A stretch of 55,483 nucleotides of DNA from Eubacteriales bacterium (lineage in GTDB: Bacteria > Bacillota > Clostridia > Oscillospirales > CAG-272), in NCBI GenBank assembly GCA_045539995.1, contig JAZQGJ010000063.1:1-55483 (forward strand), read 5' to 3'. This document shows positions 42,522-52,599 of the stretch, piece after piece. The position numbers were made by a program, and so were the translations under genes. Every line of letters begins with the position of its first letter. Position 1 is the first letter of the stretch. The notes under the pieces are model-generated. The model had not been told where the DNA came from, searched no databases, and worked only from the letters and a program-made list of their open reading frames with translations.

Positions 42522-43184
42522 TTATTTGCTGAAGCCTGCGGTAAAAGCGCTCAACAATCCCGCAATCAACGGATTGTCTTCATTTTCTGCATTATAAGCG
42601 CTGACGGTATCCGTATCGCCGAAAGCGATATAATTATGCTCGACCGAGTTGCGTCTTACCATACCCAACCTATCCGTCGCTATAGACTCTATAAGCTCAA
42701 GGTCGTTCTTGGTATCAAGTCTCGAAGACAGTGTCTGCTCGACGCTCTGAAGCTCTGCCGCTTCAGCCTTCATAACAGCTATTTCGTGCGTCATATTGTT
42801 TACGTTCATTCCTATGTATATAAGCAGCATAAGAATGGTAGCGCACAAGAACATTATAAGCATTGTGCCTATCGGCATCTGCGCTCTCGCTTTTTCTGTT
42901 ATTTTAGCATTCACACTCGGGAGAACAGCGGTATAATCGGAGGCAGGCGCCATATTTTTCTCGCGGGGAAGAGAATTGGCCTTTGTTATTCTGTTTTCCG
43001 CAGTAGTATCACGAAAGACAGCGCTCTGCTTCTTTGCAGGCTGCTCGGAAAAACCATCTTTTCTCGCCTGCTGACGCATATAATCGCCTATTGTGCTTCC
43101 CTGATAAGAGAATTTATCACGGAATTTTGCATACATAGGGTTAACGTCCGCGCTTCTTGTGGTAAACAGTATAGTACGTGTCAC
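42522..43184 (-). CDS. FtsL-like cell division protein with long N-terminus
   Basis: TM plus coiled coil plus IESIATDRLGMV; located between rsmH and the PBP gene. Confidence 0.7.
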   Translation of the reverse strand: MTRTILFTTRSADVNPMYAKFRDKFSYQGSTIGDYMRQQARKDGFSEQPAKKQSAVFRDTTAENRITKANSLPREKNMAPASDYTAVLPSVNAKITEKARAQMPIGTMLIMFLCATILMLLIYIGMNVNNMTHEIAVMKAEAAELQSVEQTLSSRLDTKNDLELIESIATDRLGMVRRNSVEHNYIAFGDTDTVSAYNAENEDNPLIAGLLSAFTAGFSK

Positions 43185-43208
43185 TTTTTGCCTCCTTATT
43201 TTATAGCC

Positions 43209-44150
43209 TCACAGCTTCTCGGCAACTCTCAGCTTCGCGCTTCGCGCGCGGGGATTTTCTTCAAGCTCTGATTCTGACGGAAGTATTGGCTTCTTCGTTA
43301 AAATTTTCAATTTAGGTTTCTTTCCGCATACGCAAACAGGGAAGTCCTTCGGACATTCACAGCCGCTTCCTAATTTCGCATAGGTCTGCTTTACTATTCT
43401 GTCCTCAAGTGAGTGGAAAGAGATTATTGATATCCTACCGCCCTTTACCATGTGTCTTTCGGCGGCTTCTATTGTGGGAGCTATTGCGTCAAGCTCTCCG
43501 TTTACTTCAATTCTTATAGCCTGAAAGGTTCTTTTCGCAGGATGGGGGCCGTCTGCTCGCGCCGCCTTAGGAATAGCCGACTTGATAATGTCTGTAAGGC
43601 AAGCCGTCGTTTTTATGTCGGAAAGTTCACGCGCCTTTACTATTTTATCGGCTATCGCGGGAGCGAATCTTTCTTCACCGTATTCGTAAATTATTCTTTT
43701 AAGCTCTTCCTTTGAATAGGTGTTTACTACCTTGTATGCATCAAGACTGCTCGATTGGTCCATTCTCATATCAAGCGGGGCGTCGTGATTGTAGGAAAAG
43801 CCCCTTTCGGGTGTGTCAAACTGATAAGACGAGCAGCCGAGATCGGCAAGCACGCCGCCAAGGTTGTCTATTTTCAAGCTGTCGAGAACGTTTCCGAGCT
43901 CGGAAAAGTTTTCATTTATAAAAATTATCTTCGGAAGATATTCCGAAAGACGTTTTTTTGCAGCCATAATGGCGGTGATATCGCGGTCAAAGCAAATGAG
44001 CTGAGCGTCGGAACCGAGACGCTTCGCTATCTCAAGTGAATGTCCGCCACCGCCTGTGGTGCAATCAACGTAAGTAAGAGATGGTCGTATGTTTAAAGCT
44101 TCTATACATTCGTCGAGAAGGACCGATTTGTGATTGAAAGAGCCTTCCAT
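43209..44150 (-). CDS. rsmH: 16S rRNA m4C1402 methyltransferase RsmH (MraW)
   Basis: HKSVLL, DCTTGGGGHS, DLGCSS, LDMRM, FQAIRIEVN, NPRARSAKLR. Confidence 0.95.
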   Translation of the reverse strand: MEGSFNHKSVLLDECIEALNIRPSLTYVDCTTGGGGHSLEIAKRLGSDAQLICFDRDITAIMAAKKRLSEYLPKIIFINENFSELGNVLDSLKIDNLGGVLADLGCSSYQFDTPERGFSYNHDAPLDMRMDQSSSLDAYKVVNTYSKEELKRIIYEYGEERFAPAIADKIVKARELSDIKTTACLTDIIKSAIPKAARADGPHPAKRTFQAIRIEVNGELDAIAPTIEAAERHMVKGGRISIISFHSLEDRIVKQTYAKLGSGCECPKDFPVCVCGKKPKLKILTKKPILPSESELEENPRARSAKLRVAEKL

Positions 44151-44153
44151 TTA

Positions 44154-44597
44154 TTACAGGTTGAAGCGCAGATTTATTTCCTGAATGTGCTTCATCCTTT
44201 CTTCAGTCTGCTTTTCCTTCTGTCTTTCCTCCCAAACCTCTTCGGGCCATATCTGAATGTAGCTGCCGTAGCCTGCAATAACTACGTTCTTATTTATCTT
44301 AGCATATTCAATGAGCGCGGGGGTGAGTGTTACGCGTCCCTGTGAGTCGGGAGTAGGGTCAATAGCCTCGGAGTAAAACAGCTCCTTGATGTCCTCGCCT
44401 ACGGAATCTGCTATGCTATCAATTATTTCCGATTTCTTATCCCACTCGTCCTCTGAATAAATAACGAGCGAGCTTGTGGTGAGCTTTCGTGTTATGTAAA
44501 AGGTATCGCCCAGCTTTTCTCTGAACTTCGCGGGAATAAAAATTCTGTTTTTTGCGTCAAGCGCATGCTTATACGTGCCGACAAATGCCATTTTCAT
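44154..44597 (-). CDS. mraZ: Transcriptional repressor MraZ
   Basis: FVGTYKHALDAKNRIFIP, DSQGRVTL, IQIW. Confidence 0.9.
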   Translation of the reverse strand: MKMAFVGTYKHALDAKNRIFIPAKFREKLGDTFYITRKLTTSSLVIYSEDEWDKKSEIIDSIADSVGEDIKELFYSEAIDPTPDSQGRVTLTPALIEYAKINKNVVIAGYGSYIQIWPEEVWEERQKEKQTEERMKHIQEINLRFNL

Positions 44598-44647
44598 TCC
44601 CCCTTTCGCGTTTTTGGTGGGATATTAATGATTTGAGATGATATTTT

Positions 44648-44703
44648 CCACCACAATCCACCACCACACTGATATTATACACCACTAAACTGTAAAAAGT
44701 CAA
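44648..44703 (-). promoter_or_regulatory. dcw promoter with GTGG repeats (putative MraZ operator)
   Basis: TTGACT(44703-44698)-18 bp-TATAAT(44679-44674), followed by GTGGTGGTGGATTGTGGTGG. Confidence 0.65.
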
Positions 44704-44920
44704 TAAAAATATTAAAAATAATAAAAAAATAGCAAATTGCTTAAAAAAAAGCTAAAACTTCAAAAAAAACGGGAAAAATATGTGCAAAGTTTACAAATAT
44801 TAAAAAACAACTTTATTTTGTCCGCGAAATGTGATATAATATTAAGAAAGAATTTTAGATACTCGCTTAAAAGCTATGAAAAACCAAAAATGAATGTTTT
44901 TCAGGTTTTTCGGAGGAAAT

Positions 44921-45247
44921 ATGTTTGAGCTTTTTAAAAAGAAAAAGGCAGGTCCAAATAAGTCCGAGCGAAGGAAAAAGGCTGCGCAGCTACATGGGCA
45001 GCTTATAAAATACGTAACCGAGAGAAGAGACGGAAATGACGACGTGATAGGGCGAGGTGGAAACCTCAGCGTCAGGGACGGCGAGCTTATCGTTTTTTCA
45101 TCATCGGATATTATTTTCAGAGGGGCAGTGGACGAGCTTGAAATATCGAGCCTTCTCTCCGGCGACGGCGTTGTTATTTCGGGTTGCAATACCCTTGACG
45201 GAAAAGAGAGAGAAATTATCGCATATTACGTTTATCACAGGAAGTGA
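44921..45247 (+). CDS. Hypothetical protein
   Basis: 108 aa; RBS GGAGG; upstream TGnTATAAT; adjoins ispD. Confidence 0.7.
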   Translation: MFELFKKKKAGPNKSERRKKAAQLHGQLIKYVTERRDGNDDVIGRGGNLSVRDGELIVFSSSDIIFRGAVDELEISSLLSGDGVVISGCNTLDGKEREIIAYYVYHRK

Positions 45248-45252
45248 GAATT

Positions 45253-46083
45253 ATGAGTTTTACTTACCATTTAGCTAATCTCGCGCGTCTTTTCAAGGGA
45301 CGCACGCGCCCTTATACCTGCGCTCTTATTTTGGCTGCGGGAAGCGGTACGAGAATGAAAAGCGAGGACGGACAGACGAAGCAGCTGCTTTCACTTTGCG
45401 GAGAGCCTGTTCTGATTCATTCTCTGCGCGCCTTTGACTCTTGTAAATATATTGATGAGATAGTTCTCGTCTGCCGCGAGGACGAAACCGATATTGCGAA
45501 AGAGCTTGTCGGGCGCTATAATATAAAAAAGGTAACGAGCATCTGCCGAGGCGGCGCTGAAAGAAGCGAATCCGCGCTCTTGGGTATGGCGTCGGTTCCC
45601 GCAAAGGCGGAATTCGTCGCAATCCACGACGCCGCGCGCTGTCTTATACTGCCGGGTCAGATTTCCGACGTCGTTTCCGCCGCTTACGCTTATCGCGCGT
45701 CGTCTGCGGGCTGCAAGGTCAAGGATACTGTCAAGTGTGTAAACGAGAGGGGCTTTATTGTAGAAACACCCGACAGAAAAACGCTCTGGAACGCGCAGAC
45801 ACCTCAGGTATTTTCAGCGCCTATGTATAGATACGCCGCCATAAAGGCGAAAGAGGACGGCGTTTCCGTTACAGATGACAATATGTTAATGGAGTATATA
45901 GGTCAGCGCGTGAAAATGATAGACACAGGCTATGAAAACGCAAAGCTCACGACGAAAGAGGACCTTGAATATTTTGAAACGGTAATGCAGAGAAGAAAAA
46001 AGGAACAGGAAGAGAAAGCCTGTTCCGACAAAAATAAAAAGAAGCCTTGTTCGCGCAAAGGGGCGAAAGGAAATACGGTATGA
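45253..46083 (+). CDS. ispD: 2-C-methyl-D-erythritol 4-phosphate cytidylyltransferase
   Basis: LAAGSGTRM, KQLL, IHDAARC, AQTPQVF, TDD, NAKLTT. Confidence 0.92.
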   Translation: MSFTYHLANLARLFKGRTRPYTCALILAAGSGTRMKSEDGQTKQLLSLCGEPVLIHSLRAFDSCKYIDEIVLVCREDETDIAKELVGRYNIKKVTSICRGGAERSESALLGMASVPAKAEFVAIHDAARCLILPGQISDVVSAAYAYRASSAGCKVKDTVKCVNERGFIVETPDRKTLWNAQTPQVFSAPMYRYAAIKAKEDGVSVTDDNMLMEYIGQRVKMIDTGYENAKLTTKEDLEYFETVMQRRKKEQEEKACSDKNKKKPCSRKGAKGNTV

Positions 46084-46562
46084 AAATGAGAGTAGGACAC
46101 GGATACGATGTTCATCGGTTGGCAAAAGAGCGAGAGCTGATAATAGGAGGGGTAAAAATCCCTCACAACTTCGGTCTTTTGGGACATTCCGACGCCGACG
46201 TGCTTCTGCACGCTATAATGGATGCGGTATTAGGCGCTTTGGGAGAGGGCGATATAGGCAGGCATTTTCCCGATAACGATAACTCTTATAAAGGGATATC
46301 GAGCCTCCTCCTTGCCGAAAGGGTATGTGATATCATGAGAGAATCAGGGGCAAGGGTAGAAAACATTGATTGCACGGTAATCGCTCAGAAGCCCAAGCTT
46401 GCGCCTTATATTTCGGAAATGAAAGCAAATATAGCGAGGGCGTTTTTCTGTGATATAACGTGCGTTAATGTAAAGGCTACGACAGAGGAGGGGCTCGGGT
46501 TTAGCGGAGCGGAAGAAGGGATTGCTGCTCATGCGGTCTGCCTTTTGAGCTTCGGGGAATAA
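46080..46562 (+). CDS. ispF: 2-C-methyl-D-erythritol 2,4-cyclodiphosphate synthase
   Basis: GHGYDVH, GHSDADVLLHA, GDIGRHFP, KATTEE. Confidence 0.94.
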   Translation: MKMRVGHGYDVHRLAKERELIIGGVKIPHNFGLLGHSDADVLLHAIMDAVLGALGEGDIGRHFPDNDNSYKGISSLLLAERVCDIMRESGARVENIDCTVIAQKPKLAPYISEMKANIARAFFCDITCVNVKATTEEGLGFSGAEEGIAAHAVCLLSFGE

Positions 46563-46904
46563 ATCCTCGGGCTTGTCGCAGTTAGTAGCAGATGCCGCCA
46601 ATAAGCCATCGCGTGCGCGAGGCGAATTCAGTTCGGCAAAGCATTAAAAATTGAAATCTGATGCTCTTCTGCGCTGAATGCGACAGTCCAAGGTATATAA
46701 AATACCCGTTATTATCTGTTGATTTCACGTCCTTTTTCTTCGCATTCCAGGGATAATTCACGGATATCGGTTTTTCTTCCGCATTATCATATTATGGAAT
46801 TTTTCACCTTGTGACACAACAGATGGCTAATAAGATTTTATATTCGTATATACATCGGTAAAAATTATTGTAAAACAAAAAAATTAATTTAAGGAGATTT
46901 TAAA

Positions 46905-47558
46905 ATGATAAAAATTGCGCCGTCGGCGCTCGCTTGCGATTTCGCTAAATTGGGCGAGGAGGTAAGAGAGGTAGAAAAGTCAGGAGCCGACTATATTCAT
47001 TTAGACGTTATGGACGGAATGTTTGTTCCGAATATCAGCTTTGGAATTCCCGTCATAGCCTCTCTGCGCTCTGCTACAGAAATAAAATTTGACGTTCATC
47101 TTATGATAGAGGAGCCGATAAGATACATAGAAGAATTCAGACGCGCTGGCGCTGATATAATAACCGTTCATTACGAGGCGTGCAGCGATTTGAATGCGAC
47201 GCTTGATAAAATTCGCGAGTGCGGCGCGCTCTGCGGACTTTCTGTAAAGCCGAATACTCCCGCAGAGGAAATTTTTCCCTATCTTTCAAAATGCGATTGG
47301 ATTCTCGTAATGAGCGTTGAGCCGGGCTTTGGCGGTCAGGCGCTCATTCCCCACACCTTGGATAAAATAAAAGAGGTGAAAATAGAAGCCGAAAAGCAAG
47401 GGCTTGACATTTTAGTTGAGGTCGACGGTGGAATAGGCGCAAAAAACATTTGCGAGGTAGCAGAAAAGGGCGCCGATATAATAGTCGCAGGCTCGGCAGT
47501 CTTCGGCGCAAAGGACCGTCGTGCCGCCATCACCGCCCTGAAAAACCTTCAGGTCTGA
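46905..47558 (+). CDS. rpe: Ribulose-phosphate 3-epimerase
   Basis: HLDVMDGMFVPN, DVHLMI, MSVEPGFGGQ, VDGGI, VAGS. Confidence 0.95.
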   Translation: MIKIAPSALACDFAKLGEEVREVEKSGADYIHLDVMDGMFVPNISFGIPVIASLRSATEIKFDVHLMIEEPIRYIEEFRRAGADIITVHYEACSDLNATLDKIRECGALCGLSVKPNTPAEEIFPYLSKCDWILVMSVEPGFGGQALIPHTLDKIKEVKIEAEKQGLDILVEVDGGIGAKNICEVAEKGADIIVAGSAVFGAKDRRAAITALKNLQV

Positions 47559-47588
47559 ATTTCCTTTGACTCTCATAATAGCATAAAT

Positions 47589-47630
47589 AAAAAGAGACTG
47601 TCTCAAGCTTGTTTTGAAACGGTCTCTTTT
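47589..47630. terminator. Bidirectional terminator between rpe and mscL
   Basis: AAAAGAGACTGTCTCAA...TTGAAACGGTCTCTTTT. Confidence 0.7.
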
Positions 47631-47655
47631 GCGTTATAAATTTTTTATAGATTTA

Positions 47656-48252
47656 TTACTTCTTCATCTCTGCGAGAATCATTTTGAGAAGGTCCTCGGT
47701 TGTGGGATTAGCCTCTCGCTCAAGTCTCGCCTTTTCTGCCGCTTCTGCGTCTGCCTTCGCTTTTTCTTCGGCAGCCTTTGCAGCCTTTTCGTCAAGGTAA
47801 GCCTTTACAGCTTCTTTGTCGGCAACTCTCTTGCCCTGAGCGCGAAGCGCCTTCTTGTCTTCCTTTGTAAGTCTGTCGTCAACAAGATCAATATCCTTCA
47901 GCTTGTTGATAATTCTTACTATTGAGAAGAGCACGAGAGCGATGAGCAGGAAGTTGATTATCGCGTTAATGAATGCGCCCCAGTCTATGTAAATCGAGTT
48001 TGCAAGATCTACTGTGGTCTCTCCCGTAGCAGCGTCTGTGACCTCTGTACGAAGCAAAAACGTATAAAGGTCGCTGAGGGAATTTTTGCCGAGAATAAGC
48101 GCGAGAATCCAGTTGATAACAGGCTTTAAGATGTTGTTGCTTAATGCGTTGACTATCGCCGTAAAGGCTCCGCCGACGATAACACCGACAGCCATATCAA
48201 GCACGTTTCCGCGAGTGATGAACTTCTTGAATTCACTGAAAAAATTCTTCAT
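47656..48252 (-). CDS. mscL: Large-conductance mechanosensitive channel
   Basis: EFKKFITRGNVLDMAVGVIVGGAF, WGAFINAIINF; RBS AAGGAG. Confidence 0.9.
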   Translation of the reverse strand: MKNFFSEFKKFITRGNVLDMAVGVIVGGAFTAIVNALSNNILKPVINWILALILGKNSLSDLYTFLLRTEVTDAATGETTVDLANSIYIDWGAFINAIINFLLIALVLFSIVRIINKLKDIDLVDDRLTKEDKKALRAQGKRVADKEAVKAYLDEKAAKAAEEKAKADAEAAEKARLEREANPTTEDLLKMILAEMKK

Positions 48253-48452
48253 TTTTAAATCTCCTTTTATATTTCTATCCTTTATGATTATACCCTCTAT
48301 TCCGTCGTTTGTCAAGGAAATTTTTCATTTTTGCTTTTTCCTTTTATGAAAAAATAAAAAATATATAAAAGTACTTGAAAAAGATAAAAAAGTATGTTAT
48401 ATTAAATATAAAGATGAAAATAAAAAGCATTTTATGCTTTTAAATAGTATTA

Positions 48453-48571
48453 TCTTATCAAGAGTGGTGGAGGGACCGGCCCTGTGAAGCCCGGCAACCT
48501 GTATTTTCAAGGTGCCAATTCCTGCAAGATGAGAGTCTGTTGCCTCGGAAACTGACTTTTCGAGGTTTTTT
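48453..48571 (+). promoter_or_regulatory. SAM-I (S-box) riboswitch, P4-less, with terminator/antiterminator
   Basis: TCTTATCAAGAGTGGTGGAGGGACCGGCCCTGTGAAGCCCGGCAACC...GGTGCCAATTCC-TGCAA-GATGAGA; terminator CCTCGGAAA...TTTTCGAGGTTTTTT; directly upstream of metK. Confidence 0.92.
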
Positions 48572-48601
48572 ATTTCAAGTATAATCAAAGGAGACGTTTA
48601 T

Positions 48602-49780
48602 ATGGTAAAAAAATTGTTTACATCCGAGTCGGTAACAGAGGGACATCCCGACAAAATGTGCGATAAAATTTCGGACGCTATTCTTGACGCGCTTTTAGAG
48701 CAGGACCCCAACTCAAGAGTGGCGTGCGAGACCTTTGCTACAACGGGAATTATCAACGTAATGGGCGAAATAACTACGAACGCCTACGCCGATATTCAGA
48801 CGATAGTAAGGGAAACCGTAAGAGAAATAGGCTATGACAGAGCCAAATTCGGCTTTGACTGCGATACCTGCGCCGTGCTCACCTCTATCCACGAGCAGTC
48901 GCCCGATATAGCGCTCGGAGTGGATAAATGCGCTGAGGCTAAAGAGGGAAATATGGAGGACGAGCTTGACACGGGCGCGGGAGATCAAGGCCTTATGTTC
49001 GGTTACGCCTGCAATGAAACGCCCGAGCTTATGCCACTTCCCATTTCGCTCTCACATAAGCTTGCTATGCGCTTGACGGAGGTTCGCAAGAGCGGCATAC
49101 TTCCTTATCTGCGCCCCGACGGAAAAACGCAGGTGACCGTCGAATACATCGACGGCAAGCCCACCCGAGTTGATACGGTAGTCGTATCCTCGCAGCACGA
49201 TCCCGACGTTGATATAGCGAAGATAAGAGAGGACGTAATAAGAGAGGTTATAGAGCCTATCATTCCCGCATCCTTGAACGACGGAAAAATCAAAATATTT
49301 GTAAATCCCACAGGAAGATTCGTTGTAGGCGGACCTCAGGGAGATACGGGACTTACGGGAAGAAAAATAATAGTTGATACATACGGCGGATATTCAAGAC
49401 ACGGAGGCGGCGCTTTTTCGGGAAAGGATCCGACAAAGGTGGACCGTTCCGCCTCATATGCCGCGCGTTATATAGCGAAGAACATAGTAAAGGCAGGCTT
49501 GGCCGACAAGTGCGAGGTTCAGATAGCTTACGCCATAGGCGTTGCGAAGCCTGTGTCTGTTATGATAGATTCCTTCGGTACTGCAAAGGTCGATGAACAG
49601 AAAATTTCAGATGCCGTTTCCCGACTGGTAGACCTTCGTCCTGCCGCAATCATTAAGAAGTTCGATTTGCGCCGTCCTATTTATAAGCAATACGCAGCGT
49701 ACGGACATATGGGCAGAGAGGACCTTGATACCCCTTGGGAGAAGACGGATTTAGTAGGAGAGCTTTCTAAATTACTTTGA
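48602..49780 (+). CDS. metK: S-adenosylmethionine synthetase
   Basis: [28 protein letters not shown]. Confidence 0.97.
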   Translation: MVKKLFTSESVTEGHPDKMCDKISDAILDALLEQDPNSRVACETFATTGIINVMGEITTNAYADIQTIVRETVREIGYDRAKFGFDCDTCAVLTSIHEQSPDIALGVDKCAEAKEGNMEDELDTGAGDQGLMFGYACNETPELMPLPISLSHKLAMRLTEVRKSGILPYLRPDGKTQVTVEYIDGKPTRVDTVVVSSQHDPDVDIAKIREDVIREVIEPIIPASLNDGKIKIFVNPTGRFVVGGPQGDTGLTGRKIIVDTYGGYSRHGGGAFSGKDPTKVDRSASYAARYIAKNIVKAGLADKCEVQIAYAIGVAKPVSVMIDSFGTAKVDEQKISDAVSRLVDLRPAAIIKKFDLRRPIYKQYAAYGHMGREDLDTPWEKTDLVGELSKLL

Positions 49781-49895
49781 TTTATATACTTTAAATGCTC
49801 TTCACCTTTGAAAACAAGGTGAAGACGGTTCGCTGACAAAAATCTTCGCTCCGCATATACTGATAGAAGAATCTTATTTTTTCGGAGGGTTTTCT

Positions 49896-50216
49896 ATGAC
49901 CATGGCGGAAATAGCGGAGATTTTTGTTTGTGTTCTGGCAGTATGGGGGCTTTACTGTATTTTACGCTCTGTCGTTTCGTTTTTTACCGACAGAAGCAAG
50001 ATGTCTATTGGCGTTTATTTTGATAGCGAGCAGAGTACGTATCAGTTTTATTGCGCTCTACGAAGCGCCACTCTTATAACCGAAAGAAAAGACCTTTTCA
50101 CCCATCGCCCCGTCGCCCTGACAGATGAATTTCTCTCGGACGATGAGCTGAAAGAGCTTTCGGATTTGGGTACTGACGTTTATTTGAATTATAAATTGTA
50201 TAAAAATATTGATTGA
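49896..50216 (+). CDS. Hypothetical protein with N-terminal TM segment
   Basis: RBS GGAGGG; overlaps the recD2 start. Confidence 0.6.
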   Translation: MTMAEIAEIFVCVLAVWGLYCILRSVVSFFTDRSKMSIGVYFDSEQSTYQFYCALRSATLITERKDLFTHRPVALTDEFLSDDELKELSDLGTDVYLNYKLYKNID

Positions 50217-52455
50217 GGGAAAAGTGGATATCAAAAACAGTGAAAACGCTATAAATGAAGAGACGCTTGAGGGGACTGTGGAGGAAATAATATATCACAG
50301 TCCCACAACCGATTATACGGTAGTCGTCATCTCTCTTTCCGAAAAAGAATACGTTACTGCAGTGGGGGACATGCCCTTTATTGCCGTAGGCGAACAGGTG
50401 AAGCTTTACGGAAAGTGGGGAATGCACAACGAATATGGGCGTCAATTTGAGGTTGTTGGCTTTGAGAAGCTTTTGCCTACCGATGCGAATTCCATACTCA
50501 CATATTTAAGCGCGGGAAACATAAAGGGCATAGGCCCCGTCACCGCTAAAAAGATAGTCGCCCTCTACGGAGCCGACACCTTCGATATAATAGAAAAGCA
50601 CCCCGATTGGCTCGCCGACATTCCGGGAATCTCGGTAAAAAAGGCGTCGGAAATCGCGAAGTCCTTTGCCGAGCAGGCGGGAGTGCGTAACATAATGATG
50701 CTTTGCTCAGGACATTTGAGCGCGGGCGCTATCGGCAAGGTCTATCAGAAATGGGGCTCGGGCGCCGTCGGAATAGTGCAGGAAAATCCGTACGTTCTTT
50801 GTGACGGCAATTTCGGAATCGGCTTTGAGACTGCGGACAGCCTTGCGATGTCTCTCGGCATTCAGCTCGATTTTGACAAACGTCTGCAAAGCGGTATCGT
50901 TTACCTTCTTGAGTATAATTCGGCATTGAACGGACATTCCTGTATTCCTAAGGAAAAGCTGATTCCCGCCGTCGCAGGCCGTTTGCAGATAGACGAGGAC
51001 AAAATTGCCGACGCCTTGAAAAGTGCGCTTGAAAATGGCGTTGTCCGTTCATATTTCAAGGACGACAGGGAGTATATATTTACTTCGCGTTATTTTGAAG
51101 CTGAGGAGTATATAGCCAAAAAGCTTGCGCTTATAGATCGCCTTTGTCCTGTTTTCGAGCATAACGATATAGAAGCGTTTATAAACAAGATAGAAAATCA
51201 GTTTGATATAAAATATGCGAAAATGCAGAGAAGGGCGATTTCCGAAGCATTACGCACGGGAGTGACTGTCATTACAGGAGGGCCCGGAACAGGTAAAACC
51301 ACTATAATTAAGGGTCTTTTAAGCATTTTTAATTCTCTTGGAATGAAGGCGGCTCTTGCAGCGCCTACAGGCAGAGCGACAAAGAGAATGTCAGAAGCTA
51401 CAAGCGAGGAAGCGAAAACCATCCACAGAATGCTCGAGATGGAGAGAGACGGAGGCGCGTTTCCCCGATTTAACAGAAACCAGAACAATCTCCTTGACGA
51501 GGACGTCATTATAGTTGACGAGGCGTCTATGATAGACCTAGTTCTGATGAACGCTTTGCTTTGCGCGCTTAAGCACGGCGCGAGGCTTATTCTGATAGGC
51601 GACGCGGATCAGCTTCCGTCGGTTGGCTGCGGAAACGTGCTGAATGATATTATAAAATCGGATCAATTTAACACAATATCGCTTGATGAAATTTTCAGGC
51701 AGTCGGAGGATAGCCTTATAGTAGTAAATGCGCATCGCATAAATCACGGAAAAATGCCCCTTATGGATAAAAAGAACGGTGACTTTTTCCACGTTGCGCG
51801 TGAGGACGAGGAGCTTATCGCACCCACAGTTTCAAATCTTATAACAAGTCGTCTGCCGAAAACCTACGGAAACGATATAATAGATAAAATTCAAGTAATC
51901 ACGCCCTCAAAAAAAGGACAGGCGGGAACGCAGGTTTTAAATCAGATTTTGCGAGAGCGTCTGAATCCGAAAAGAGCAGCGGCAGAAGAAATAAAAATAG
52001 GTAACGTACTGTTTCGCGCGGGGGACCGCGTTATGCAGATAAAGAACAATTACGACCTTGAATGGAAAAAGGGAAATTATACGGGAAGCGGCGTTTTCAA
52101 CGGAGATATAGGGGTAATCGAGGAAATAAACAAAAAAGAGCAGATAGCCTATATTTCCTTTGAGGACAGACTTGCGAAATATGAATTTCCTAATATGGAG
52201 GAGCTTGAGCACGCTTACGCCATAACGGTTCATAAAAGTCAGGGAAGCGAATACCCCGTGGTGATAATTCCACTCTATTCCTGCGCGCCCATGCTGATGA
52301 CCCGAAATTTGATTTATACGGCGCTGACACGGGCGAAAGAGATGGTAATATTAGTCGGACGGTCCGACGTAATGAAAATCATGGTCGATAATAACAGACA
52401 GATAATGAGATATACAATGCTTTGCGACAGAATAATAAGGGAGATAAATTCATAA
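50209..52455 (+). CDS. recD2: ATP-dependent RecD2-like DNA helicase
   Basis: IKGIGP HhH, GGPGTGKTT, VDEASM, GDADQLPSVG, AYAITVHKSQGSEY. Confidence 0.92.
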   Translation: MIEGKVDIKNSENAINEETLEGTVEEIIYHSPTTDYTVVVISLSEKEYVTAVGDMPFIAVGEQVKLYGKWGMHNEYGRQFEVVGFEKLLPTDANSILTYLSAGNIKGIGPVTAKKIVALYGADTFDIIEKHPDWLADIPGISVKKASEIAKSFAEQAGVRNIMMLCSGHLSAGAIGKVYQKWGSGAVGIVQENPYVLCDGNFGIGFETADSLAMSLGIQLDFDKRLQSGIVYLLEYNSALNGHSCIPKEKLIPAVAGRLQIDEDKIADALKSALENGVVRSYFKDDREYIFTSRYFEAEEYIAKKLALIDRLCPVFEHNDIEAFINKIENQFDIKYAKMQRRAISEALRTGVTVITGGPGTGKTTIIKGLLSIFNSLGMKAALAAPTGRATKRMSEATSEEAKTIHRMLEMERDGGAFPRFNRNQNNLLDEDVIIVDEASMIDLVLMNALLCALKHGARLILIGDADQLPSVGCGNVLNDIIKSDQFNTISLDEIFRQSEDSLIVVNAHRINHGKMPLMDKKNGDFFHVAREDEELIAPTVSNLITSRLPKTYGNDIIDKIQVITPSKKGQAGTQVLNQILRERLNPKRAAAEEIKIGNVLFRAGDRVMQIKNNYDLEWKKGNYTGSGVFNGDIGVIEEINKKEQIAYISFEDRLAKYEFPNMEELEHAYAITVHKSQGSEYPVVIIPLYSCAPMLMTRNLIYTALTRAKEMVILVGRSDVMKIMVDNNRQIMRYTMLCDRIIREINS

Positions 52456-52599
52456 AAAGCGTCGGATTTTATCGAGCCTTGCCTGTTTTTTAAAAAGGTG
52501 TTGCAATTGTCATTTGTTTGTTGTATAATAAAAAAGGTATTGTCTCTACAGGATTTCAGCTCGGTTTTTTATATAGACAAAAAATCAGGAGAGCATAAA

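Noticed and set aside
48397-48588. 63-aa minus-strand ORF
   Set aside because: Overlaps the SAM-I riboswitch and metK promoter region
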